This document shows positions 15,899 through 24,044 of a DNA stretch of 32,000 nt, one piece after another (position 1 is the first letter of the stretch; each line of letters opens with the position of its first letter). This DNA is from Candidatus Iainarchaeum sp. (GTDB lineage Archaea; Iainarchaeota; Iainarchaeia; Iainarchaeales; 0-14-0-20-34-12), in NCBI GenBank assembly GCA_030649345.1, contig JAUSKK010000008.1, forward strand, positions 21,533 to 53,532, written 5' to 3'. A program made the position numbers and the translations under genes. The notes below the pieces were generated by a model. That model searched no databases. It had not been told where the DNA came from and saw only the letters and a list, made by a program, of their open reading frames with translations.

Positions 15899-16810
15899 AT
15901 GACTGAAATTAATTTTTCTGATTTTTTTAAGTTTTCATTTTCTTGGTTGTCTAAAGATTTTTTGAAATTTATTTTTATTTATTGGATAATTCAAATCATT
16001 TTTAGTTTAGGAATCTTGCTGGCTATTTCTGCATTTTTTTCTTCTTTGTTTTCTTCAGCTACTTTGTTTTCTTTTTTTAGTGCAAAAACATTGGGTCCGC
16101 AGATTTTAAGCAAGATTGTGGAATTTATTGTTTTGTTTACAGTTTGGATTTTTTTGTTTTCTTTAACTTTAATGGTTTTTCAAATAGTTTGTTTTACTCA
16201 CGCTTTGAAAAAAAGTGGTTTGCCTGTTCGTCCTTTTTCTGTAAAACTAGTACTTCGTTATCTGGTGTTAAATATCTTGGAGCTTTTAGCAGTTTTATTT
16301 TATTCTTTGGATAAAAAAGTTTTGGTCTTGCAATGGTTTTCTTTGTTTTTAATCATTTTAAGCGCCTTTACGCAAACTACCAATCCTTTAATGATTGTTT
16401 TAATGGGTGTTCCTTTGTTGTTTTATTTTGGAATTGTCTGCTTTAATGCCGTTCATTGGCTTTGCTTGTCTCCTGTTTTTTTGTCTACAGAGAATGCAGG
16501 AATTCGTTCTAGTTTTCGAAAATCTTGGAATTTAATGAATGGCAAAGTCTTTGAAGCATTTGCTGTGTTTTTTATTTTATTCATTATTTTAATCATTGTG
16601 CAAGCCATTTTGTCCGTGATTTTTTCTCCAGTAGTTGATCCCTTGATTCAATCTATTTTTTCTTCTCTGCCGAAACAAATAATTATTGACTCTAATTTTT
16701 CAAGTGTTTTTGCTTCAGTGGTTACTTTCTTTTCAACTATTTTTGCAGTAACTTTTTTCTACAAACATTTATTGCAATCTCAATCTTTGCAAGAACCGGC
16801 AAAGCTTTAA
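15899..16810 (+). CDS. Polytopic membrane protein, unknown function
   Basis: 303 aa with at least 6 long hydrophobic segments. Starts 1 nt after the tmk stop, so probably co-transcribed. Confidence 0.6.
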   Translation: MTEINFSDFFKFSFSWLSKDFLKFIFIYWIIQIIFSLGILLAISAFFSSLFSSATLFSFFSAKTLGPQILSKIVEFIVLFTVWIFLFSLTLMVFQIVCFTHALKKSGLPVRPFSVKLVLRYLVLNILELLAVLFYSLDKKVLVLQWFSLFLIILSAFTQTTNPLMIVLMGVPLLFYFGIVCFNAVHWLCLSPVFLSTENAGIRSSFRKSWNLMNGKVFEAFAVFFILFIILIIVQAILSVIFSPVVDPLIQSIFSSLPKQIIIDSNFSSVFASVVTFFSTIFAVTFFYKHLLQSQSLQEPAKL

Positions 16811-16886
16811 GTATTGGATTCAAGTAAAGTCAGAGTCTTGTAAATCAAACATATGTTTTTATTTGTTCAATACCTTGAGACTATTT

Positions 16887-17240
16887 ATGTACAAACAAAT
16901 TATTGTTGTTCGAGCTGATTTAAAAATGGGCCGAGGAAAACAAGTGGCACAAGGAAGCCATGCTTGCCTGGAAGCGTATAAAAAAGCTTTAACGCAAGAT
17001 GAAGAAATGGTTGCAGAATGGGAATCTCAAGGAATGCCAAAGATTGTTTTGAAAGTGAATTCAGAAAAAGAATTATTAGATTTGTTTGAAAAACTTAAAC
17101 GCAATTTTCAAGGCTATCCTGCTTTGATTAAAGATGCCGGCCGAACCCAAATAGAACCTGGTACTATTACTTGTTTAGGGATTGGTCCAGTGCGCGAAAC
17201 TGAAATTGACAAGTTTGTAAGCTCTTTAAAACTATTATAA
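16887..17240 (+). CDS. pth2: Peptidyl-tRNA hydrolase, archaeal type (Pth2)
   Basis: KQIIVVRADLKMGRGKQVAQGSHA...PKIVLKV...IKDAGRTQIEPGTITCLGIGP. ATG at 16887 preferred over TTG at 16863. Confidence 0.85.
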   Translation: MYKQIIVVRADLKMGRGKQVAQGSHACLEAYKKALTQDEEMVAEWESQGMPKIVLKVNSEKELLDLFEKLKRNFQGYPALIKDAGRTQIEPGTITCLGIGPVRETEIDKFVSSLKLL

Positions 17241-17254
17241 CACTATTATAGTAT

Positions 17255-18028
17255 ATGACGAAGAGTTTTTGGGCTAGTTTTCACGAAGTTGTAGAAGAAG
17301 CTGATTTAGTGATTGAAGTTTTGGATGCGCGTTTTCCTGAATTGACAAGAAATACTTCGATTGAAAATTTAGTGAAAGCCAATAATAAAGTTTTAGTTTT
17401 TGTAATCAATAAGTCTGATTTAACTAATTTAGAAATTGTGAAAACTGCCAAGCGAGAATTAGATACTCTGGGGTCAGTTGTTTTTTTGTCTGCTCAAAAA
17501 AGGAAAGGCATTGCAAGATTGCATAAAGTTTTGCGTTCATTTGGAGAGCAAGCCAAAAAAGAAATCAGAGTAGCTGTGGTAGGTTATCCGAATGTAGGAA
17601 AAAGTTCGTTGATTAATGCTTTAACTGTTCGTGCTTCAGCTCGTGTTTCTCCAAAGTCTGGTTATACGCGCGGAAAACAATTAATTCGATTAAACGATCA
17701 TGTACTATTAATTGATTCTCCTGGAATTATTCCGTTTTATGAAAAAGACGAATTTTTATTAGCTTTAATTGGAGCCAAGAGTGCAGAAAATATTTCAGAT
17801 GCCGAAGGTATTGCTTTAAAATTGGTTCAATTTATTTTAGCCCGCAATCCAAAAGCCATTGGCAAAGGATTTGGTGTAACTTTAACCAAAACAGAGCCTA
17901 TTGATTGTTTAGAAGAATTGGCGCGGGCTAAAAAGAAATTAATAAAACACAATGAGCCGGATTTAGATGCTATCGGAAAACAATTGATTACCAAATGGCA
18001 AAATGGGGAAATAAGACTGAATTCGTAA
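17255..18028 (+). CDS. Circularly permuted ribosome-biogenesis GTPase (YlqF/RbgA-like)
   Basis: The G4 motif INKSDL precedes the G1 motif GYPNVGKSSLINAL, followed by LIDSPGI. Confidence 0.8.
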   Translation: MTKSFWASFHEVVEEADLVIEVLDARFPELTRNTSIENLVKANNKVLVFVINKSDLTNLEIVKTAKRELDTLGSVVFLSAQKRKGIARLHKVLRSFGEQAKKEIRVAVVGYPNVGKSSLINALTVRASARVSPKSGYTRGKQLIRLNDHVLLIDSPGIIPFYEKDEFLLALIGAKSAENISDAEGIALKLVQFILARNPKAIGKGFGVTLTKTEPIDCLEELARAKKKLIKHNEPDLDAIGKQLITKWQNGEIRLNS

Positions 18029-18082
18029 GCAAATCTTTTGCAGTCAGCTGTTTGAGACTTGCCTTATTTTTAAATTAAGTTT

Positions 18083-19162
18083 TCATTTTTGTGCTGATTC
18101 ATTTATGACTTTTTGTAATTTTTCTAAAAACTCGCTTGTGTCTACAAAATAGTTTGGATACGCTTTTTGCAGATCAGAAATAGTATCTACTCCAACAAGA
18201 ACAACATCATATTCTTTTCGATCTCTCGTTCTTTTTTCAGCTTCAGCGTAATCTTCAATTGCTTTTTTTTCCTGCTCTTTTGTATATAATCTATACGTCA
18301 ATTTTCCAGCTAGAATATCTAGCTCCAATAGGAAATATTGTGCTTTTCTAGTGCCTTTAAGTGTTTCAGTAAAATGTGTAATTGTGGCAGCCCATGTTTT
18401 CATTTTGCTGATTACTTTTAGTTCTTCTTCTTTTTTCTTAATTTCCAAGTATAATTCTTTTTTATCTGAAATGGTACCCGGAACTGTTGGGCAATTTTCT
18501 ATTTTTGCAAAGGCAGAACTTACAAGTCTAAAAAAATTCATCCATTCTGCATTTCCTTCATTGGATTTAATTGCCTGTCTAGTAAAAAAATCCACTGTTT
18601 CAATAGCGGTTGCCCACAAATGCTGCAATTTTGACCTTAACTGAATCTCAACCAGCAAACCATTATAATCTGTTTTTCCTTTTTTGTCACTAAAATATTT
18701 ATAAATAATATGAATACTTCGGTAACCGTCTTGCTTTGGATGGATGATATAATCTTTTACTCCAACTCTTTTGTGTTTTAAATCTCCCTTTATATAATAA
18801 TCTTGATAAAGTTTTCTTACTTGCGGTACTGTTTCTAAAACAGCTCTGCATCCGCCAATGTCCTGCATTTGACTTAGTTTCATTGTTGGAGGCAGTTCAT
18901 TGTAACTTCTTTTTAATTTTTTAATAATCGCAGGAATTCGCTTTAACCGCTGTGCAGTTAATGCGTTTTTATTAACTTGAATTGCCTTTCTCTTTAACCT
19001 GATCTTGAATACATGCATTGGATAACTGTGAATGGCCCTGAAATTATCCAAAATTTCAATTGCGTTATTTTTTTCATCTTCTGAGGCAGAATCACTGCTT
19101 AAAATACTGCCGGCATGATCGATCTTGGATTTTGATACGTGAATTGGTTTTGTCCATTGCAT
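18083..19162 (-). CDS. RelA/SpoT-homolog nucleotide pyrophosphokinase (small alarmone synthetase / toxSAS-like) with a ~150 aa C-terminal extension
   Basis: Synthetase motifs QRLKRIPAIIKKLKR, QDIGGCRAVL, DYIIHPKQDGYRSIHIIY, VEIQLRSKLQHLWATAIE. No hydrolase HD motif. TATAAATATAG box directly upstream of the ATG. Confidence 0.8.
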   Translation of the reverse strand: MQWTKPIHVSKSKIDHAGSILSSDSASEDEKNNAIEILDNFRAIHSYPMHVFKIRLKRKAIQVNKNALTAQRLKRIPAIIKKLKRSYNELPPTMKLSQMQDIGGCRAVLETVPQVRKLYQDYYIKGDLKHKRVGVKDYIIHPKQDGYRSIHIIYKYFSDKKGKTDYNGLLVEIQLRSKLQHLWATAIETVDFFTRQAIKSNEGNAEWMNFFRLVSSAFAKIENCPTVPGTISDKKELYLEIKKKEEELKVISKMKTWAATITHFTETLKGTRKAQYFLLELDILAGKLTYRLYTKEQEKKAIEDYAEAEKRTRDRKEYDVVLVGVDTISDLQKAYPNYFVDTSEFLEKLQKVINESAQK

Positions 19163-19198
19163 TCTATATTTATATAGCCTTCATTATTTAAGTCTTTC

Positions 19199-19317
19199 AT
19201 TTTGCGCGGTTATAGGCTAAATTCATTTTGGTAAGAATGCTTGAAATACTGCGTTTATTAGCCAATTTTGAAATATTGGTGATAATCTAATGTTCTGTAA
19301 GTTAATTTTGCGCGGTT
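19199..19317. repeat. Two exact copies of the 13-mer ATTTTGCGCGGTT (19199-19211, 19305-19317) in the 228-nt non-coding spacer upstream of the RelA/SpoT-like gene
   Basis: Exact direct repeat 106 nt apart. These are the only GC-rich words in an otherwise AT-rich spacer. Confidence 0.6.
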
Positions 19318-19396
19318 TCAAATAACCTTGTGTTGTCCTAGGGTATTGTGTTTTCTAATTACAAATCTTTAATAATTTGAAATTCTTTATTTGTGC

Positions 19397-20056
19397 ATGG
19401 CTCAATTGAAACGTAAAGTAACTTTGGTTTTCTTTTTCTTGTATGCTATTTTTGGCATCATTTTAATGTATTTGTTTTTCTTTAATTTAGGCCTAACCTT
19501 TGAACGCCAAATTATAGAAGGCCAGCCCATAATTGTTTTAAAGAACAATTCATTGCATTTAATTCGAGACATTAATTTGCTGGATTCTAAAGGCGAATCC
19601 AAGCTTTCGTTAGCTCAATTATTGCCTGGCGAACAATCGGTTGTAGATTTGAGTTTGTTTTCTGGAAACAAAATTTCAGCTACGGCTCCGTTTCATTCGA
19701 GTGCAGAAATTGTTTTAGCTCAAGGCGGGAATATTTCAAACCTTACAGCCCCTAAATTAGCGTATAATTCAACGTATCCTGTGCCGGCTATTGTAAGTCA
19801 ATTATTTCCGGTTTCATTTGATGTCTGTAATTCTGGCCAGCAGTCTGCAGATGTTGTGTTAAGTTTCGCTTTTGATGTGCAATTCTTTTCTTCTTCAAGC
19901 ATAGAACAAACTGTAACCATTGCAGGTTCAGAGTGTAAAAATTTAAGTTTCCAGTTTATGCCTTTAAAAGCAGGAGATTCTTCCATTCGGTTTGTTTTAC
20001 AATATGGAGATACCAGGGAAAATATTCCTGTAAGTATTCAAATTGTTGGAACGTAG
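19397..20056 (+). CDS. N-terminally anchored extracellular beta-rich protein, unknown function
   Basis: TM VTLVFFFLYAIFGIILMYLFFF, then Ser/Val-rich segments such as PVSFDVCNSGQQSADVVLSFAFD (CARDB-like flavour, unverified). Confidence 0.5.
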   Translation: MAQLKRKVTLVFFFLYAIFGIILMYLFFFNLGLTFERQIIEGQPIIVLKNNSLHLIRDINLLDSKGESKLSLAQLLPGEQSVVDLSLFSGNKISATAPFHSSAEIVLAQGGNISNLTAPKLAYNSTYPVPAIVSQLFPVSFDVCNSGQQSADVVLSFAFDVQFFSSSSIEQTVTIAGSECKNLSFQFMPLKAGDSSIRFVLQYGDTRENIPVSIQIVGT

Positions 20057-20117
20057 TCCAGTTGGTTTTTTAAATGACAAAGTTATAAGTTATACAATAA
20101 TCTAAGGTGAAATTTGA

Positions 20118-20789
20118 ATGGCAGTACCTAAACCTGAACAATCGCAAGATGTTAGTATTATTAAAATTATTCAAGACATGGTTCGCGAAGGAGAAAGCGA
20201 AGAAAAAGTTATTCAAACTTTAAAAGAACTGGGTGTCGAACCCGACAAAGCCAAACGCTTATTGTTGTTGGGCCAAGCAGACACGTTTGGTTTATTGCGC
20301 GGAGAAATTTCTAAAATTGTGCAAGATGATTTAGAAAAACAAAAACCTTCTATTCAAAAATATTTACAAGAACAATCTGAGAAAGCTGGAAAAGAATTAA
20401 AGAAAACAGTTACCGGTGAAGTTTTAGAAGACGTTAAAAAATACGAAAAAGAAATCACCGGGCAAAGCACTACGTTTAAAGATCAAATGAATGAAAACAT
20501 TCATCGAGTTACAGAATTAACGGATCGAGTGACCCGCTCCAGTGATACCTTAGGTGTGCGTGTAACTAAAGTAGAAGAAGACTTGGATGAAATGAAAATT
20601 AAAGGAATTGGAATGCGCAACAAATACATTGCAATCGGAATGCTGGTTTTGGGCTTGCTGTTTGTTTTAGCTTCTTTGTATTTGTTTTTTGTCAGCTTTA
20701 AAGGAATCCTAGTCATTGACACATTAATTGTAACTGTAATTGTTGCCTTGATTGGAATTACTTTAATGTTTGTAAGTACTTTGGTATAA
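20118..20789 (+). CDS. Coiled-coil protein with two C-terminal TM helices, unknown function
   Basis: AAGGTGA SD 7 nt upstream of the ATG. K/E-rich helical body. C-terminal IAIGMLVLGLLFVLASLYLFFV and LIVTVIVALIGITLMFV. Confidence 0.55.
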   Translation: MAVPKPEQSQDVSIIKIIQDMVREGESEEKVIQTLKELGVEPDKAKRLLLLGQADTFGLLRGEISKIVQDDLEKQKPSIQKYLQEQSEKAGKELKKTVTGEVLEDVKKYEKEITGQSTTFKDQMNENIHRVTELTDRVTRSSDTLGVRVTKVEEDLDEMKIKGIGMRNKYIAIGMLVLGLLFVLASLYLFFVSFKGILVIDTLIVTVIVALIGITLMFVSTLV

Positions 20790-20791
20790 GT

Positions 20792-21430
20792 TTAAACTAG
20801 CAATCGATTGAGTGCTGTTTGATGAACTAGTAAATGCAGAAATTGTTGTCGTTCCGGTAAAATGCGTTGAAGTTCAGTAAGCAAAATGTCTTTTCCAGAA
20901 GATTGAAATGCTCTTTTTAAAACATTAAAAAATGCATTGTATTCGGCTTGTTTTCTAGTTCTGTGTGCTTCAATTTCCAATTGAGTCATAAGACCATTCA
21001 AGGAATGTACAAGTCTTCCAATGTCGCTGTGTTCTTTCACATTGTGTTCTCTGCTAATTTGTACAAGTTCACGCAATGCTTTTTTAACAAGTTCTGGTTC
21101 GGTTGTTTTTCCAGTTATGATTTCTTCAACTAAATCAATAGTTGTAATCAATTCCAATACACGCCGTTTTCGGAATGGATTTATTTTCAAACTGTTTGCC
21201 AGCTCTTTAAGCGCTTGATTTTTTACTGCTCTTCGCGCAGCTTCTGGATCAATTGCTTTTTGAATTAATTTAGTATAAGCCCTCACTGCTTTTTGGATTA
21301 ATGGTTCATCTATTGTTCGATAGGGTTCTGGTTGTATCTTGTGTTTAGTTTTTATGCGTTGTTTTTCTTTTTTGGAAAGTGCACTTCTCTTTATTTTAGG
21401 AGAGCGTGCTGGTTTTTTTGGAATCGGCAT
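20792..21430 (-). CDS. Basic-N-terminus helical protein, paralog family member F (unknown function)
   Basis: MPIPKKPARSPKIKRSALSKKEKQRIK... Contains RRAVKNQALKELANSLKINPFRKRRVLELITTIDLVEEI, which aligns to member D. Confidence 0.7.
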   Translation of the reverse strand: MPIPKKPARSPKIKRSALSKKEKQRIKTKHKIQPEPYRTIDEPLIQKAVRAYTKLIQKAIDPEAARRAVKNQALKELANSLKINPFRKRRVLELITTIDLVEEIITGKTTEPELVKKALRELVQISREHNVKEHSDIGRLVHSLNGLMTQLEIEAHRTRKQAEYNAFFNVLKRAFQSSGKDILLTELQRILPERQQFLHLLVHQTALNRLLV

Positions 21431-21461
21431 AATTTGTTTTTGTGATAATTTCTAATATGTT

Positions 21462-21638
21462 TTAATTTTGTCCAAACTTGTGTTTTCCAAAAACTTTTTC
21501 TGGTTTTCCTTTTTCAATCTCATGTGCTTTCTTTAAAGCTTCCAAAGCAGCTTCCAGTAAGACTTTTTCCCGCAAGCTTTCTGAAACCTTGTATCTTCGT
21601 TCGACTTCAATTACAATATCTCCCAATTCCATGTACAT
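21462..21638 (-). CDS. Small hypothetical protein (58 aa)
   Basis: MYMELGDIVIEVERRYKVSESLREKVLLEAALEALKKAHE... GAGGGTGA SD 6 nt upstream of the ATG at 21638. Beta-strand-then-helix layout (RHH-like guess only). Confidence 0.45.
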   Translation of the reverse strand: MYMELGDIVIEVERRYKVSESLREKVLLEAALEALKKAHEIEKGKPEKVFGKHKFGQN

Positions 21639-21690
21639 TTTTTTCACCCTCTACTACCAATATGCTTCAATTTTGTTCTTAAAGATTTCC

Positions 21691-22098
21691 TCACGTTTTG
21701 AACACTGCTTGTTTTCCAATTAAAACCTCAAACGTTTTTCCAATATTTTGTGCGTCTTCTAAGTTAATGGAATAAAACTTCCCAGTATTTCTTAATTGAT
21801 TTTCTTTTAAAAAAATCCATCCTTTTCTGGGAACTTTCCAAGCAATCAGTAACTCTAAACCTGAAACTTTAGCCCAAGCTTGTAATTCTTCAAATTTGCT
21901 GACTTCAATATTCAAGTAGTTTCCATTCCAGGCTTTGGCTTCCACGGCAAAACCTTTTCCGTTTTTTAATGCAACCAAGTCTGGGCAAGGAATATCACTT
22001 GAACCAGAACCTGCGACTCGTGCACAAGCATAGCCTTCTTTGAATAACATTAACAATAATTCGCGTTCTGCATTGGCTCCTTTAGCATAATGTGTCAT
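21691..22098 (-). CDS. hjc: Holliday junction resolvase Hjc
   Basis: KGANAERELLLMLFKEGYACARVAGSGSS..PCPDLVALKNGKGFAVEAKAW (archaeal Hjc E..D..EAK nuclease core). Confidence 0.85.
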   Translation of the reverse strand: MTHYAKGANAERELLLMLFKEGYACARVAGSGSSDIPCPDLVALKNGKGFAVEAKAWNGNYLNIEVSKFEELQAWAKVSGLELLIAWKVPRKGWIFLKENQLRNTGKFYSINLEDAQNIGKTFEVLIGKQAVFKT

Positions 22099-22281
22099 AT
22101 GCTAGAATTAAGCTTGAAAACCTTAAAAAACCAATGATTGGTACAATTGTCTTAGTTTTTGGTACAGGGTCTTTTTTAAAAACACCTTGGTGTACTAGTT
22201 TTATATAAATAATTCAAATTTAATAATTTGAATAATACATTTACAAACAGAATTAGCCTAAAAAATGGCTGAGATTATTTA

Positions 22282-22572
22282 ATGCTTAATCAGCAAACCA
22301 GCAAAGGAATTGTTTTTAAGGTAAAAGTTTTACCGAATTCCAATGCATTTGAAGTTTTAGGCTTTGATTCCTGGCAGCAAGCCTTGCGAATCAGAGTCCA
22401 AAGCCCTGCAATTGAAGGGCAAGCAAATCAAGAATTGGAAAAAAAATTGTCAAAATTTTTGGAAACGAAAATAGAAATTATTCAAGGACATACTTCAACT
22501 CAAAAAATAGTGCGAGCTGAAACTTTTTCCAAGCCTTTATCTCAGCTTTTTTTAAAAACTAATTCTAAGTAA
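22282..22572 (+). CDS. DUF167 / YggU-family protein
   Basis: VKVLPNSNAFEVLG....ALRIRVQSPAIEGQANQELEKKLSKFL...IEIIQGHTSTQKIV. Confidence 0.8.
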   Translation: MLNQQTSKGIVFKVKVLPNSNAFEVLGFDSWQQALRIRVQSPAIEGQANQELEKKLSKFLETKIEIIQGHTSTQKIVRAETFSKPLSQLFLKTNSK

Positions 22573-22610
22573 ATTGCGAAAATGCATAAAACATAAAGGA
22601 GAGATACAGT

Positions 22611-24011
22611 ATGGCTAAAACCTACATTAATACAGTAAAATACGAAGTTACCATTAACTTTAATATTGACGGTGTTGTGGAAAAACACGATATTGTCGGA
22701 GCAGTCTTTGGACAAAGCGAAGGTCTTCTTGGAGAAGACTTAGATTTGCGAGAATTGCAAAAAAATGGAAAAATTGGAAGAATTGAAATTGATCAAAAAA
22801 CAGCCGGTGGAAAAACCAACGGAACACTAATTATTCCCAGCAGCTTAGATATGGTGGAAACCTGTATTCTAAGTGCTGCAATTGAAACCGTAGACAAAGT
22901 CGGACCCTATGTGTCTGGTTTTACTACAGTCAAAATTGAAGACACAAGAAGCTTGAAACGAAAAGCTGTCACAGAACGTGCCAAACAATTATTGCGTACT
23001 TTAATGCAAAACCAAATTCCTGAATCTTCAGAATTGGCTCGAGAAGTAAGAGAAGAAGTTCGAGCTTCTGAAATTGAAGAATGGGGGCCAGAAAAATTGC
23101 CTGCAGGTCCTGCAGTCGAAGAAAGTGACTCAGTCATTGTAGTAGAAGGACGAGCAGATGTTGTGAATTTACTAAAAAACAACATTAAAAATGTAGTTGG
23201 AATGCGCGGAGGAAATATTCCTCGAACCATTATGGAATTAGGTAAACGGAAGTCGATTACTTTGTTTGCCGATGGTGATCGAGGCGGAGAATTAATTTTA
23301 AGAAAACTCCAGCAGACTACGAATGTAGACTTTGTGGCCCGTGCTCCGATTGGAATGGAAGTAGAAGAATTGCCACGCAAAGAAATTATTATTGCGTTGC
23401 GGAAAAAAATTTCCTTAACCAATAAAGCCAGACCAACCAGCGATGACTTTGGTCCAGTGGAAGATGCTCATGTTGAACCTTCCGTTGAATCAACTAGTTT
23501 GCATGAAGCACCCAAACCTTTTGTGCAACCTGAACGAAAACCGTTCTTTCAAAAACAAGAATTTAGAACAGAACGAAAAGATTTTAGACCTGAAGTTCGA
23601 AGTTCTTTTTCTGAGCCTAGGTTAGAACCTTTGCCTTTAGAAGAAGAAGATTCTTCGGTTCCAAAATTAATGGATGAAGACCCAGAAATCAAATCATTCA
23701 AACCTTTGCCATCCATTCATAAAACAGGTGGAACAGATGGAAATGAGTTCTTATCCGTTTTAGAAGAATTGAAAGGAACAGGCAAAGCAAAGTTTTTGGA
23801 TTCTTCCAACAAAGAACTGAAAACAGTGGAAGTCCGAGATTTGGTTCATAGTATCAAAGAAGCCAAAGGCTTGCATGCCATTGTCTTTGATGGAGTTGTA
23901 ACCAAACGTTTGGCTGAAGCTGCAGAAAAATATTCAGTATCTTTTGTAGTAGGACGCAAACGAATCAAATTCAGAGATCCTAAGAAAACCAAAATCATTG
24001 CAGCCGAGTAA
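22611..24011 (+). CDS. dnaG: Archaeal DnaG-type primase / exosome-associated Toprim protein
   Basis: INTVKYEVTINFNIDGVVEKHDIVGAVFGQSEGLLGEDLDLRELQKNGKIGRIEI, and Toprim VIVVEGRADVVNLL...LFADGDRGGELI. AAGGAGAG SD upstream. Confidence 0.9.
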   Translation: MAKTYINTVKYEVTINFNIDGVVEKHDIVGAVFGQSEGLLGEDLDLRELQKNGKIGRIEIDQKTAGGKTNGTLIIPSSLDMVETCILSAAIETVDKVGPYVSGFTTVKIEDTRSLKRKAVTERAKQLLRTLMQNQIPESSELAREVREEVRASEIEEWGPEKLPAGPAVEESDSVIVVEGRADVVNLLKNNIKNVVGMRGGNIPRTIMELGKRKSITLFADGDRGGELILRKLQQTTNVDFVARAPIGMEVEELPRKEIIIALRKKISLTNKARPTSDDFGPVEDAHVEPSVESTSLHEAPKPFVQPERKPFFQKQEFRTERKDFRPEVRSSFSEPRLEPLPLEEEDSSVPKLMDEDPEIKSFKPLPSIHKTGGTDGNEFLSVLEELKGTGKAKFLDSSNKELKTVEVRDLVHSIKEAKGLHAIVFDGVVTKRLAEAAEKYSVSFVVGRKRIKFRDPKKTKIIAAE

Positions 24012-24025
24012 TTCGTTTGAAAAAT

Positions 24026-24043
24026 GGGAAAGTTTTCTTTCCC
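24026..24043. terminator. Hairpin GGGAAAG-TTTT-CTTTCCC followed by a T-rich run, between convergent dnaG and member G
   Basis: Perfect 7-bp stem at 24026-24032 / 24037-24043. Confidence 0.45.
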
Positions 24044-24044
24044 T

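Noticed and set aside
22907-23625. ORFs 22907-23422(-), 171 aa, and 23443-23625(+)
   Set aside because: They are antisense or alternative-frame within dnaG. The Ser/Thr/Arg-rich product is typical of a shadow frame.
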